Numbered from the stretch's first letter, positions 19,752 to 29,775 are shown. The stretch: 64,000 nt of DNA from Candidatus Hadarchaeota archaeon (GCA_964621445.1 CAZUNO010000008.1:1-64000), one strand, 5' to 3'. Program-made: numbers and translations. Notes: generated by a model from the letters alone, not told the origin.

Positions 19752-20029
19752 ATTCTTGTTACCCCTATTACCTCAACGTTCTCAACATTCTCCTGCGTTT
19801 TTATGACCTCCTCGACCGGGGTCGTTCCCCCTTCCTTGTCCTCCATCAATATATTGATCACCAGTGCCTCCAACCCGAAGGCTATCGGGTCCTTCCGGTA
19901 GATCTCTATCTTCGTATTTTCAGGAAGTGAATTCTCAATCCTGGAAACCAATTCATCAAGGTCAATGCCCACATCCGTGGGCATTACCCTAAATTGAGCA
20001 ATTACGTCAAGTTCAACCAATTCAAACAT
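19748..20029 (-). CDS. ef1b: Translation elongation factor aEF-1 beta
   Basis: VMPTDVGIDLDEL, PIAFGLEAL, EGGT..VEE. Confidence 0.93.
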   Translation of the reverse strand: MFELVELDVIAQFRVMPTDVGIDLDELVSRIENSLPENTKIEIYRKDPIAFGLEALVINILMEDKEGGTTPVEEVIKTQENVENVEVIGVTRI

Positions 20030-20032
20030 CCT

Positions 20033-20194
20033 CTACGGACCTGAAAACCCACAATTGGGACAGATATACTTGTTACTTGTCCTCCTGCATCTCGGACAGC
20101 GATAAAGGGTTTTCTCTCTGCACTCAGGACAGGTGAATTTCACATACCTCGTCTTGGGCGGAATTTCCTTTCTACAGGAAGCACAGACTACCAT
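20033..20194 (-). CDS. DUF1610/HVO_2753-like double zinc-ribbon protein, 53 aa (not in ORF track)
   Basis: MVVCASC...FTCPEC...YRCPRCRR...YICPNCGFSGP; usual position upstream of ef1b. Confidence 0.9.
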   Translation of the reverse strand: MVVCASCRKEIPPKTRYVKFTCPECREKTLYRCPRCRRTSNKYICPNCGFSGP

Positions 20195-20426
20195 TACAAA
20201 TCTCCCTACCTCCAGCCGGGGTATAGATGAAAAATGTTTTCAGAGGTTATCCGCTTTAAGGAGACTCCAATCTCCTCCGTTTGAGGTCTATGATTGGTTT
20301 AAGGAACCTAGAGGGCCCTTGATGTAGTTCCGATTTACCGAAAACGTGTATATCACCTCCAAGGTACATTTTTAAGTTTGGAAAGGTGCCCTTTGGTGCC
20401 CGGCCGACCGTGGCGAGGTATCCCCC

Positions 20427-21254
20427 TTGGACCTAGACCTTCTTGAAGTCTCCGAGGAAGTAGGTTGTCTAGTAAGAGCTAGGAAGATCGTCTATTTTGT
20501 GGATGTCCAGAAGGTGGTTGATACGCTTCTGGAAAAATCGGATGAGGACGTGCTAATCGCATCATCCAAGAAGTCCTTGTTGGAATCGGTTCCCGAATCA
20601 CGCCGGCTCCGCGTTCCTGAGGTCGCTCCCACGAATCCAACTAAGTATGCGGTCATGAAGCTCCTTGACAGGGAAATAGTTGAGGTTGGGGATGTTGTGG
20701 TCTGTGTCCTAAAACGTTCAACTCCCCTGGATACGATGTATATAGTTCCCGTCGAGGAGTCCATGAAAGAGGAGCTGGCCTTCCTGAGATCCGTTGGAAT
20801 GGAGGTTCTGGAGGCCGTGCTCAGGATCGCTGTTGAGCTAGGTCGAGAGGGCAAGGAAGGCATGCCTGTGGGGACGGCGTTCATAGTGGGAGATACGAAG
20901 AACGTGCTCAAGAACTCGCACCAGATGATTCTCAATCCCTTCAAAGGTCATCCTAGGAGTAGTAGGAATGTACTTAACTCCGATATCAAGGAGGTAATCA
21001 AGAGCTTTTCCCTTCTGGATGGCGCATTCGTCGTCTCGGACAAGGGGTATATTGAATGTGCAGGCAGATATCTGGATGTAGATGCAAGCGACGTGGAGAT
21101 TCCGGCAGGGCTAGGTGCTAGACACGCAGCGGTGGCAGGTATCTCAAGAGTCACCAAATCGGTGGGGATAACGGTTTCTAAGAGCGGGGGGATTGTGAGA
21201 ATTTTTAAATCAGGAAAACTGATTCGAGGCATTGATCCAAAGTCCTACTCTTGA
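20427..21254 (+). CDS. dacZ: Diadenylate cyclase, DacZ type (c-di-AMP synthase)
   Basis: EGKEGMPVGTAF, LNPFKGH, LDGAF, GLGARHAA, SKSGG.VRIF; pyruvate-kinase-like N-domain. Confidence 0.88.
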   Translation: MDLDLLEVSEEVGCLVRARKIVYFVDVQKVVDTLLEKSDEDVLIASSKKSLLESVPESRRLRVPEVAPTNPTKYAVMKLLDREIVEVGDVVVCVLKRSTPLDTMYIVPVEESMKEELAFLRSVGMEVLEAVLRIAVELGREGKEGMPVGTAFIVGDTKNVLKNSHQMILNPFKGHPRSSRNVLNSDIKEVIKSFSLLDGAFVVSDKGYIECAGRYLDVDASDVEIPAGLGARHAAVAGISRVTKSVGITVSKSGGIVRIFKSGKLIRGIDPKSYS

Positions 21255-22767
21255 CCAAGGACGTGATTACACGAAGACAACCAAAAGCGTTTGTCCCCAG
21301 TGCTTGAGAGTTATCGATGCCCAACTGTATGAGAGTGACGGGCGTCTAATGATCAGGAAGGCTTGTCCGGATCATGGAGAATTTGAGGATGTCTATTGGT
21401 CCAGGTATGATACATATGAGAGGTTTTTGAAATTTGACAGGGAAGGTCCCCATCTTGACAATCCCCGGACGGAAACCCTTCTCGGTTGTCCCTATGACTG
21501 CGGCCTGTGTCCGCAGCACGAGACGCCCACGGTTCTGGCCAATATAGACGTGACAAATAGATGTAATTTGAGATGCCCCATCTGCTTTGCCAATGCGGCC
21601 GCTTCGGGCTTCGTTTTCGAGCCTAGCCAGGAAGAGATAAGAGAAATGCTAGAAAATTTGAGGAAAAACCGTCCATTTGCCTGTCCCGCCGTCCAGTTTT
21701 CCGGCGGGGAGCCGACCGTTAGGGAGGACATCTTCGAAATTATCGGCATGGCCAGGGAGGTTGGGTTCCCTCAGGTCCAGATAGCTACTAATGGAGTAAA
21801 GTTGGCAAAAGACCCCCAATATGCTGTGAAGCTAAAGAAGGCTGGACTTTCCACCGTCTATCTGCAGTTCGACGGTATAGAGGAAGGCCCATATCTTGCA
21901 GCGCGCGGGTATAATGCCCTGCCCCAGAAGATCAAGGCGGTTAGTAATTGCGAAAAAGCCCATCTGGGAATGGTTCTGGTTCCCACCTTGATCAAGGGGG
22001 TGAACGACGACCAGCTTGGGGGGATGATAAGGTTTGCTGCCCAACATATTAAGGCGGTTAGAGCTCTAAACGTACAGCCGGAGAGTTTCACGGGCAGAAC
22101 GGATCTGGATGATCTGGAGAAGCAGCGGATTACCATCCCCGACTGTTTGGACGCCATAGAGAACCAGACTGAGGGGTCCGTCCAGGCAAGTGATTTCTAT
22201 CCCGTGCCCTTTGTGGTACCTATATCGGAGTTCATCTCCGCCTGGAGTCAAACAAAACAGGTAGAGTTTACCTGTCATCCGGCCTGTGGAGCGGCCACCT
22301 ATATCTTTGTCGATGATGGGGAGATAATACCCATAACCCGTTTCGTTGACGTGGAGGGCTTCTTCGAGTACCTGACCGATATGTCGGAGGAATTGAAGGA
22401 GGACTCGGGAAGGGTTACCAAGTCAAAAGTAACCATAAAGATGGCCAGGTCCTTCAACCAGTTCGTGGATAAGGAGAGGAAACCGCCCGAGCTTAAGATC
22501 AGGAATCTATTACTCAGCGTTTTGGGTTCAGGTACCTATTCCTCCTTGGGAGATTTCCACAGCAAGACCATAATGGTGGGGCTGATGCACTTCATGGATC
22601 CCTATAACCTGGACCTGGACAGGGTTTCCAAGTGCGCCATCCACTATGCGCTCCCCGACGGTCGAATAATCCCCTTCTGTTCCTACAACACCATCCATAG
22701 ATCCAAGGTAGAGGAGGAAATGGGCATCCCGTTGGAGGATTGGAAGACCCAGCATGACGGAAATTAG
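21232..22767 (+). CDS. tes: Radical SAM tetraether lipid synthase (Tes/GDGT-MAS)
   Basis: CPQC..CPDH rubredoxin site, CPYDCGLC, CNLRCPIC, CHPACG, FMDPYN, KCAIHY, IPFCSYN. Confidence 0.9.
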   Translation: MIQSPTLDQGRDYTKTTKSVCPQCLRVIDAQLYESDGRLMIRKACPDHGEFEDVYWSRYDTYERFLKFDREGPHLDNPRTETLLGCPYDCGLCPQHETPTVLANIDVTNRCNLRCPICFANAAASGFVFEPSQEEIREMLENLRKNRPFACPAVQFSGGEPTVREDIFEIIGMAREVGFPQVQIATNGVKLAKDPQYAVKLKKAGLSTVYLQFDGIEEGPYLAARGYNALPQKIKAVSNCEKAHLGMVLVPTLIKGVNDDQLGGMIRFAAQHIKAVRALNVQPESFTGRTDLDDLEKQRITIPDCLDAIENQTEGSVQASDFYPVPFVVPISEFISAWSQTKQVEFTCHPACGAATYIFVDDGEIIPITRFVDVEGFFEYLTDMSEELKEDSGRVTKSKVTIKMARSFNQFVDKERKPPELKIRNLLLSVLGSGTYSSLGDFHSKTIMVGLMHFMDPYNLDLDRVSKCAIHYALPDGRIIPFCSYNTIHRSKVEEEMGIPLEDWKTQHDGN

Positions 22768-22775
22768 ATTCCGTA

Positions 22776-24056
22776 TCAGGTATCTATCTTGCGCCTGTAG
22801 CCAGCGACGATCTTTTCCAGGCCCTCAGCCGCCTTTTTCGCCTGTTTCTTGGATAACTCGCTTCTTTTCCTTTTTATGATCCTTTCCAACTCCTGCTTCT
22901 TGGCGACGGCGGTTGAACCCACCCTCAGGTAATTGAGTTGTTGGCTGGGAATTGCGACTATCTTCGCCTCCTCCAAGCTTTGGCGTGCTTGAGCCGGAAG
23001 GTTGCCCTTCATAAAGACTGCCTTGGTGCCAGTTCCTCTCAGTAAATCCGAAATGGAGCCCCCGGCTCCGGAGGCGTCATCGACCATAATGAAAGGTATC
23101 TCTTCATCGGGGATGCTTTCCGTTAGCTCTCGGAATGTATTCTTGGATAGATCATCGGTAATAGGTATGGCCTGTATCCTGTCGGCCACCCTATTAAGGC
23201 TGGAACTGGAAAACGATGATAGTTTCCTGCGCAATCTGTTTCTGTCCTCGGCAACCCGGGATAGGCTCCTCTTCATTTCCTTGATCATCTCGTTACGGGA
23301 GTTTACCTCCTTCGACCTCACGATTTTCCAAAATCCCTTGGACCTTGCCTCCTCTAATTCATTTCCCAGGGATCTTATCTTGAGTTCCCTCTCCTTGATC
23401 TTGGTCTTAAGATCCAGTATCTCCTGTTTCATATTCTTGATCATGGAGTCCTCTATCCGGTGAGCCCTTTGGAGTTTCGATTCATTTACTTCGGATGGCT
23501 GGGAACGCTCTGCGCCTTGACTATCCTGGCGGCTTGTAGGCGATGGGCCTTCCTTTCCAAGTTCCCGGGCGAGTGATTCGCTCAGGCTGGTTCCCGAAAC
23601 CACTCTGGCCTTTACCTGTTCCGATATTTCAGAGAGCCCCCTATCCTGGAGTTTCTTATCGATCCACCTGAATTTTTCCTCGTAGTTATCAAGGGCCTTA
23701 ACAGCGGCGGCAAAGGCGTCCTTTTCATGTGAGTTGTTAAAGGCCGGTCCCTGGTTGGATTCCTCTGCATACTGGCTCGCTATCTCCCTCTTCTCCTCCA
23801 CGGTGAGGGATCTATTGGGAACAAAGGGCACGGCCTCGAAGAGATGACATATCTTCTCGACGAAACTGGGTATAGGGGATACATCTGAGGCAATTACCAG
23901 AGGATAGCCATGGTCCATGATTAGGTTGGTCACATCGTCGATGGAGCAGGTTCTAAGGCTGCGAATTCCAAGAACCTCTCCCTCGATCCCCAGAATGGCT
24001 ATTCCCACCGTCGTTCCCGGGTCGATGCCTACTATGAGGTTTTTCTTTTCTCCCAA
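22776..24056 (-). CDS. DUF460 protein (RNase H-like domain plus coiled coil)
   Basis: IVGIDPGTTVGIA, GYPLVIASDVSP, LTVEEK, HEKDAFAAA; TTG 24056 with GAGGA SD. Confidence 0.85.
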   Translation of the reverse strand: MGEKKNLIVGIDPGTTVGIAILGIEGEVLGIRSLRTCSIDDVTNLIMDHGYPLVIASDVSPIPSFVEKICHLFEAVPFVPNRSLTVEEKREIASQYAEESNQGPAFNNSHEKDAFAAAVKALDNYEEKFRWIDKKLQDRGLSEISEQVKARVVSGTSLSESLARELGKEGPSPTSRQDSQGAERSQPSEVNESKLQRAHRIEDSMIKNMKQEILDLKTKIKERELKIRSLGNELEEARSKGFWKIVRSKEVNSRNEMIKEMKRSLSRVAEDRNRLRRKLSSFSSSSLNRVADRIQAIPITDDLSKNTFRELTESIPDEEIPFIMVDDASGAGGSISDLLRGTGTKAVFMKGNLPAQARQSLEEAKIVAIPSQQLNYLRVGSTAVAKKQELERIIKRKRSELSKKQAKKAAEGLEKIVAGYRRKIDT

Positions 24057-24916
24057 ATCTTGTTCCTCATTACTCTCCTTATCTCTTCCTCGCTCAGTGA
24101 GGGATATTTTTTCCTGAAATGGTTGCATATATTTTGGACATCCCTCTCAAATATTTCACCGGCCTGCGGGTGCTCTAACCCTATCCACTGTGGCCAATCA
24201 ATTATCCTGAACTCCTTGCCGTTAATTAGCACGTTATATTCGCTTAGATCACCATGAATTATGCCCAGCTCCCTGCAACGGGCGATGGATTCCAGGATGC
24301 CCTCCAGAAGATCACCGGGATCAGCCGCTTTGGTCTTGGATAGCTCGTTTCCATGAAATCTGGACTCTATCACCGCGTTTCGGTTATGGGAAAGTGCTTC
24401 GGGTACCGGTATCTGACCATTCAAACGGTTGAGTGCCCGGTACTCCCGCTTGGCAGCTATCTTGGCTGCGTAAAGCCACGTGAAATGATGTTTATCCTTC
24501 AGATAGGGTCTGAGTCTATTGACCTCGTGAAACGAGGTTCTTCCCAGCCGGTGAAACTTGACGATTAATTCCCTACCCTGGTTGAGCGCCTCGTATATCT
24601 CCGATTCCTTTCCCACCGCCACCTGGCCTCCGATCTCCTCTATCTCCTCGCTATTGACCAGTACGTTCAGGGCCAGGAAATCGTAACCCAGGGGGAGGAG
24701 CTGGAAACCTTCATAGGGATCGCTCTCCTTGTGGATCAATCCGCGGTCTCCCAGGCGCCCTAGGTGGTATTTGAGGTCGGGGAGATCCATCTTCGTGTAT
24801 TTTAGTAGGCGGGTTTGAGGCACGAGACTACTACGCTTTAGGCCAGTTTCTATGGAATGGAGAACCTTGAAATCGTCCTTTCCAAGCTCCTTGAAGCTGG
24901 TAAAGCTCTTCTTCAT
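24032..24916 (-). CDS. rio2: RIO2 atypical protein kinase
   Basis: wHTH with GYDFLAL, VGKESEIY, KFHRLGRTSF, HGDLSEYN, IDWPQ. Confidence 0.92.
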   Translation of the reverse strand: MKKSFTSFKELGKDDFKVLHSIETGLKRSSLVPQTRLLKYTKMDLPDLKYHLGRLGDRGLIHKESDPYEGFQLLPLGYDFLALNVLVNSEEIEEIGGQVAVGKESEIYEALNQGRELIVKFHRLGRTSFHEVNRLRPYLKDKHHFTWLYAAKIAAKREYRALNRLNGQIPVPEALSHNRNAVIESRFHGNELSKTKAADPGDLLEGILESIARCRELGIIHGDLSEYNVLINGKEFRIIDWPQWIGLEHPQAGEIFERDVQNICNHFRKKYPSLSEEEIRRVMRNKIWEKRKTS

Positions 24917-24939
24917 CCAACACCTCATTTCAAAGTTTT

Positions 24940-25812
24940 CTAGTAGATTCTTCCATATGCCCGGTCGCGCTCCATTTGGCGGAGCCTATCCACGCGTTTC
25001 GCCGTAGGGGGGTGGCTGGAAAAGAGGCGGGAGATTGCATCTCCTCTAAAGGGATTAACGATAAACAGGTGGCCGGTGGCAGGGTTACCTCCCTTGGCAG
25101 GTTTTCTTTCGGCTATGGATTCTATTTTCTCAAGTGCACTGGCCAGGCTACCTGGTTTGCCGGAGATCTCAGCCCCTTTCTCGTCGGCCCCGTACTCCCT
25201 ATTCCTTGAAATGGCCATACGTATCATGACTGCGGCAAGGGGGACCAATATGGCTATTAGAACCAGTCCGATAATCCCCATTCCTCCCTGGTTTCTGCGG
25301 CCTCCTCCACCCATGAGAAGACTCCACCTTGCCCAGAACGCCATATATCCAATTGCCCCAGCTATTGCAGCGGCCAGTACCATGACCAGGGTGTCTCGAT
25401 TCTTGATGTGGGCCATCTCATGTCCCAAAACGCCTTCAAGTTCCTCCCTGCTCAGCGCATCCAGGGCGCCCTCGGTCACCGCCACTGCAGATGAAGAGGG
25501 GTCTCTGCCCGTGGCGAAGGCATTTGGTATCCGGCTGGAGACCAGGGCGACCTTGGGTTTTGGTATGCCAGCGTTGTTTGCCAGCCGGGATACCATCTTC
25601 TGAAGCTCGGGATACTCCGATTCCTCCAGAACCTTGGCTCTATACATCTTCAGGATGATACTATCACCATACCAGAAAACGATCAGGTTACCAAAAAGTG
25701 CCAGGGCAAAGAAAATGAAAAGGGTGTAGGGATTGCCGTTGCCGACGATATAGCCAACGATAAGCATCAATGAAAAAAGGAAGGCCATCAACAGGGTACT
25801 TCTTATATCCAT
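24940..25812 (-). CDS. htpX: Membrane zinc metalloprotease HtpX
   Basis: PNAFATGR, HEMAH, SRNREYGAD, SHPP. Confidence 0.95.
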   Translation of the reverse strand: MDIRSTLLMAFLFSLMLIVGYIVGNGNPYTLFIFFALALFGNLIVFWYGDSIILKMYRAKVLEESEYPELQKMVSRLANNAGIPKPKVALVSSRIPNAFATGRDPSSSAVAVTEGALDALSREELEGVLGHEMAHIKNRDTLVMVLAAAIAGAIGYMAFWARWSLLMGGGGRRNQGGMGIIGLVLIAILVPLAAVMIRMAISRNREYGADEKGAEISGKPGSLASALEKIESIAERKPAKGGNPATGHLFIVNPFRGDAISRLFSSHPPTAKRVDRLRQMERDRAYGRIY

Positions 25813-25827
25813 ATGTTTCAGAATTGG

Positions 25828-26373
25828 TCATATTACCTCAAAAATGTGTTCAAAAAGCCAGTTCCTCGCCTTGGGGGGATATCTCTTTTCCCCATGATGG
25901 ATTTCCATGACCCTTTCGGCCGTCCTTTGCTTATCCTCCTCGCTGGTATCCAGTTCACTGACTTTTTCGCCATGAATATCAATGGCCTCGGTTAGAATAA
26001 TGTCCAGGACTTCAGCTTCCAGGTTCTCTCGCACCTTGTCAGGGGACCATTTCTTGTCATCTAACCTATCCTTGAGGATGCGTGGGTTGGTTCTAAGTAC
26101 CACAACCGAGGTTGCCGGTCGGAAGTGATGGGAAAGATGACCGGTAATTACCAGTTCGCCATGTTCTCTGCATGCGCTGTTCAGGGCCTTCATGAGCTCA
26201 GGGACGGGAATTACCAGGGTTTCCCCGTTCTCAAAATAGGAGTATATTCCCCGAGTTAATGCAAATCTCTGAATTTCAATTACCGGAAGACCGAAAGCTC
26301 TAATAATACGGCCCACAGTGCTCTTGCCGGTGCCAGGAGTTCCAGTCACACAGGTGATGCGTTTTTCAACCAT
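25828..26373 (-). CDS. Adenylate kinase AK6/Fap7 family
   Basis: VTGTPGTGKST, GHLSH, KVRENLEAE. Confidence 0.88.
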   Translation of the reverse strand: MVEKRITCVTGTPGTGKSTVGRIIRAFGLPVIEIQRFALTRGIYSYFENGETLVIPVPELMKALNSACREHGELVITGHLSHHFRPATSVVVLRTNPRILKDRLDDKKWSPDKVRENLEAEVLDIILTEAIDIHGEKVSELDTSEEDKQRTAERVMEIHHGEKRYPPKARNWLFEHIFEVI

Positions 26374-26517
26374 TATTGCTACTCCGTATCTCTACCTTGT
26401 CGATTCGAGTGTGTCCGACCTACTTAAAATAGCATTTATATACGCATTTTCCTCATTTCTGCCAACTAATCACTACGCAATTAGATTGGATTAGACGCCG
26501 TTAAAGGTGGATTTTGT

Positions 26518-28467
26518 TTGCCCAGGGTGAGAGAAACCGGAAAGTCGGAGTCCAAGTCGAAAGAACCCGCCGAGACACGGCAGGAGATAGAGGTTGTACA
26601 GGAGATTAAGGACGACTATTCCGATATTAGTTCAACGGCCGAGGTCGAGGTACCGGATAGAATCATAGACCAGGTTATTGGTCAGGATTCGGCGGTCGAG
26701 GTCATCAAGACCGCAGCTAGACAGAAGAGAAACGTCATGCTGATAGGAGACCCGGGGACCGGCAAGTCGATGTTGGGAAAGGCCATGGCCGAGCTCCTTC
26801 CAAACGAGGAGTTGGAGGACGTTGTTGTTTTCCCAAATCCCGATGACGAGAACAATCCCAGGGTCAGGGTTTTCCCGGCCGGTGAGGGAAAGAAGCTCGC
26901 CGACAGCTACAAGCAAAAGGCGAAAAAGGACGCCGAACTGAAGAACATGATTGTGCTCATCGTGCTGGTGGTTATAGTCGCGGTAGCCATAATACAGGGA
27001 GCCTTTCTTTCCGGGATAATTGCTGCCGTTCTGGTGCTTATCCTTTCACAGAGCATTAGACGTAAGGAGGCCCTGGTGCCAAAACTTCTTGTGAATAATG
27101 ATGAAAAGGAATCCGCTCCCTTCATAGATGCGACCGGTGCTCATGCTGGTGCGCTACTGGGGGATGTCAGGCATGATCCTTTCCAGAGCGGCGGACTGGG
27201 CACCCCTCCACATGAGAGGGTGGAGTGTGGGATGATCCATAGGTCGCATAAGGGCGTCCTCTTCGTGGATGAAGTGGCTATTCTGGATCCCAAGAGCCAA
27301 CAGCAGCTTCTGACCTCAATGCAGGAAAAGGAGTTCCAGATAACGGGGCAGAGCGAGCTGAGCAGCGGGGCCATGGTCAGAACGGAAGCGGTTCCCTGCG
27401 ATTACGTGTTGGTTGCAGCAGGGAACGTTCATACCATAGAGGACATGCACCCGGCCCTTAGATCCAGAATACGAGGGTACGGGTACGAGGTATACATGGA
27501 ACACACGATGGAGATCAAACCGGAGAATACCAACAAGCTAATCCGTTTCATAGCTCAGGAGGTATCCAAGGACAACAAGATACCCCATTTCAACCGTAAG
27601 GCCATAGACGAGATAATCATGGAGGCTAAGCGACGTTCTTCCAGAAAGGACCACTACACCTTGATGTTGAGGGACCTAGGCGGCCTGGTCAGGGCGGCAG
27701 GTGATATAGCCCTTAAGTTGGGCGCTGAGGAGACGGACTCAAATCACGTTTCAATGGCCCGGAAGCTGTCAAAGACCCTGGAAGAACAGATAGCAGACCG
27801 ATATATCGCAAACAAGAAGGATTACGAGGTCGTGCGGACTGAGGGGGAGAAGATCGGTCAGGTAAATGGCCTCGCCGTTATGGGCAACAGCGGCATCATA
27901 ACTGCCATTGCCGCGGAGGCCACCAAGCCCCTTAGCAAGCAGAGCGGATCAATCATCGCAACTGGCAAGCTGGGGGAAATTGCCAAGGAGGCCGTCCAAA
28001 ACGTGAGTGCAATCGTCAAGAAGTTTGCCCAAAAGGACCTCACGGAATTTGACCTTCACATACAGTTCCTCCAGGCATACTCGGGCGTAGAGGGGGACAG
28101 CGCATCAATTTCGGTTGCCACTGCGGTCATATCCGCAATCGAGCGCATACCGGTGGATCAAGAGGTGGCCATGACCGGCTCCCTATCGGTGAGGGGAGAG
28201 GTAATGCCAGTTGGAGGTGTGTGCCAAAAGATTGAGGCTGCCATAGAGGCCGGTATAAAGAAGGCCATAATTCCAGCTGCAAATCTGGGCGATGTAACTC
28301 TCGAGGAAAGCAAGAAAGACAAGATCGAGATAATTCCAGTCCGGACCATAAACGAGGTGCTGGAGCACTCACTGACCGGGGAAAAGAAGGAGGGATTGCT
28401 GGAGAAGATCCGGGGCCTCTTACCCGATTTCTCCATCGATGTCCAGCCAACTGCATCCGCTCGTTAG
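26518..28467 (+). CDS. lonB: Membrane-anchored ATP-dependent protease LonB
   Basis: DQVIGQ, GDPGTGKS, TM hairpin, GDVRHDPFQSGG, EGDSAS with catalytic Lys; no intein. Confidence 0.96.
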   Translation: MPRVRETGKSESKSKEPAETRQEIEVVQEIKDDYSDISSTAEVEVPDRIIDQVIGQDSAVEVIKTAARQKRNVMLIGDPGTGKSMLGKAMAELLPNEELEDVVVFPNPDDENNPRVRVFPAGEGKKLADSYKQKAKKDAELKNMIVLIVLVVIVAVAIIQGAFLSGIIAAVLVLILSQSIRRKEALVPKLLVNNDEKESAPFIDATGAHAGALLGDVRHDPFQSGGLGTPPHERVECGMIHRSHKGVLFVDEVAILDPKSQQQLLTSMQEKEFQITGQSELSSGAMVRTEAVPCDYVLVAAGNVHTIEDMHPALRSRIRGYGYEVYMEHTMEIKPENTNKLIRFIAQEVSKDNKIPHFNRKAIDEIIMEAKRRSSRKDHYTLMLRDLGGLVRAAGDIALKLGAEETDSNHVSMARKLSKTLEEQIADRYIANKKDYEVVRTEGEKIGQVNGLAVMGNSGIITAIAAEATKPLSKQSGSIIATGKLGEIAKEAVQNVSAIVKKFAQKDLTEFDLHIQFLQAYSGVEGDSASISVATAVISAIERIPVDQEVAMTGSLSVRGEVMPVGGVCQKIEAAIEAGIKKAIIPAANLGDVTLEESKKDKIEIIPVRTINEVLEHSLTGEKKEGLLEKIRGLLPDFSIDVQPTASAR

Positions 28468-28536
28468 AAATCCATCGGCATCTTCGTACGAGACATTTAT
28501 AAGATTTCTGAAATTGTTATTAACGACTGGAGGAAG

Positions 28537-29016
28537 TTGTTTTTGCTCTCTAGAGATTATGCTGCTTTGTTCTTGCTTTCAATTCTGGGTGCGGTAATTC
28601 TTTCCGGCTGCATCTTTCCGGATGAGGATGTTACCATTGACATATACGGTCCGGACCAGATAGCTCCTAACGTTACCAAGCCCAATGGTATCAGGATTAG
28701 AATCAATAACGATGTCGACGAGGACATTGAAAACATGTCGGTTAAGATGGTGGTCCCCGAGAGAATTCGTTTCACCGGTAACGTGGGCGGAAGGCCTCTG
28801 AAACTGGAGAAGGGCCTTGACTGGACCTATAGCTTCACCACCAGCATTGGAGCTGGGGATATCAGAGAGTTTTCATTTACCTACAAGCCCGAGATCTATG
28901 ATGAGCAACTGGATGCCCAGGGTGAGTTTGCCTTTTCCATAGGGATTAGTGTAAGCGATAGCCAAGGAAGGTCTCTGGGAAACGCAAGCACAACCTGGCG
29001 TGTAGTGAAGCCCTAA
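28537..29016 (+). CDS. Hypothetical lipoprotein with a beta-sandwich-like domain
   Basis: Lipobox ILSGC, beta-rich sequence, GGAGG SD. Confidence 0.7.
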   Translation: MFLLSRDYAALFLLSILGAVILSGCIFPDEDVTIDIYGPDQIAPNVTKPNGIRIRINNDVDEDIENMSVKMVVPERIRFTGNVGGRPLKLEKGLDWTYSFTTSIGAGDIREFSFTYKPEIYDEQLDAQGEFAFSIGISVSDSQGRSLGNASTTWRVVKP

Positions 29017-29092
29017 TCCGGAGAATCGCGCAAATAAGGTTCCCTACAACAAATTATTAAAAGACATAGTGTAGACTTGATCAGGTGACGAA

Positions 29093-29770
29093 ATGGGAAC
29101 TGAGCGCTTCTACCCGCTATTGAAGGTGAAAGAGGGCCAGGAAACGGTTGATGATTTCCGGCGTCATATCGAACTAATCTGTCAATGTGTAGAGGGCGTT
29201 AAAAACAATATCGAAGCGCTCTGCAATGGCGAGAAAGAGGAGATCGAGAAGACATCGGCCAGCGTTTTTACCAGCGAGCGTAAGGCAGATGTGATAGCCA
29301 GGGACATGATGAAGAAGCTCTCGGTGGGGGAGCTCAGGCCCAAGTTCAGAGAGGACCTGTTGAGGATCCTGTTCAATCTGGAACAGATCGGCAGGTTTGC
29401 CGAGGAATGCGCCTTCGAGACCAAGATCGTTGACGTTAGTTTCCTGGACCAGGAGTCAAAAGACCTGCTAAAGGAGATGGGGAACAACTCCTATAAGACG
29501 GTGAAGGAGCTTTCCAAAGCCATCAGAGAGCTGACCTATGATCTGGACCTGGTGGTGGAGTATGGAAACAAGGTATCGGAGTTCGAGGAAAGGGGCGATG
29601 ATTTCAGAAGGAAGCTGATGACCAGGATAAGCGAAAAGGGAGATAAGATAGACACGAACACCGCCAACTTTTTCTCGACCAACCGTTTGATAGAGTCCCT
29701 GGAGGAGGTCGCCGACAGGGCGGAGGACACGGCCGACCAGATAAGGGTCTTGGCCATATCCTATATTTAG
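29093..29770 (+). CDS. DUF47/TIGR00153 PhoU-like phosphate transport regulator
   Basis: Two helical repeats ERKAD and EERGD; EEVADRAEDTAD. Confidence 0.85.
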   Translation: MGTERFYPLLKVKEGQETVDDFRRHIELICQCVEGVKNNIEALCNGEKEEIEKTSASVFTSERKADVIARDMMKKLSVGELRPKFREDLLRILFNLEQIGRFAEECAFETKIVDVSFLDQESKDLLKEMGNNSYKTVKELSKAIRELTYDLDLVVEYGNKVSEFEERGDDFRRKLMTRISEKGDKIDTNTANFFSTNRLIESLEEVADRAEDTADQIRVLAISYI

Positions 29771-29775
29771 CCCAT

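Noticed and set aside
20195-20426. Possible c-di-AMP riboswitch, C/D sRNA or 37-aa minus-strand ORF upstream of dacZ
   Set aside because: No ydaO-like architecture or paired C/D boxes. A perfect GGAGGTGAT on the minus strand has no suitable start after it. The region fits divergent promoters.
21232-22767. Older annotation as hydroxymethylpterin dimethyltransferase, implying methanogenesis
   Set aside because: This family is now established as the tetraether synthase, and no methanogenesis gene is present in the window.
24032-24128. Apparent 97-nt rio2/DUF460 overlap, and similar long overlaps at trmJ, egsA, sui1, rps3, rpl6 and COG4741
   Set aside because: Artefacts of longest-ORF calling; downstream starts with SD motifs remove or shrink them.
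14083-28467. Inteins in PolB, Tes or LonB
   Set aside because: Protein lengths are normal and conserved motifs are contiguous.
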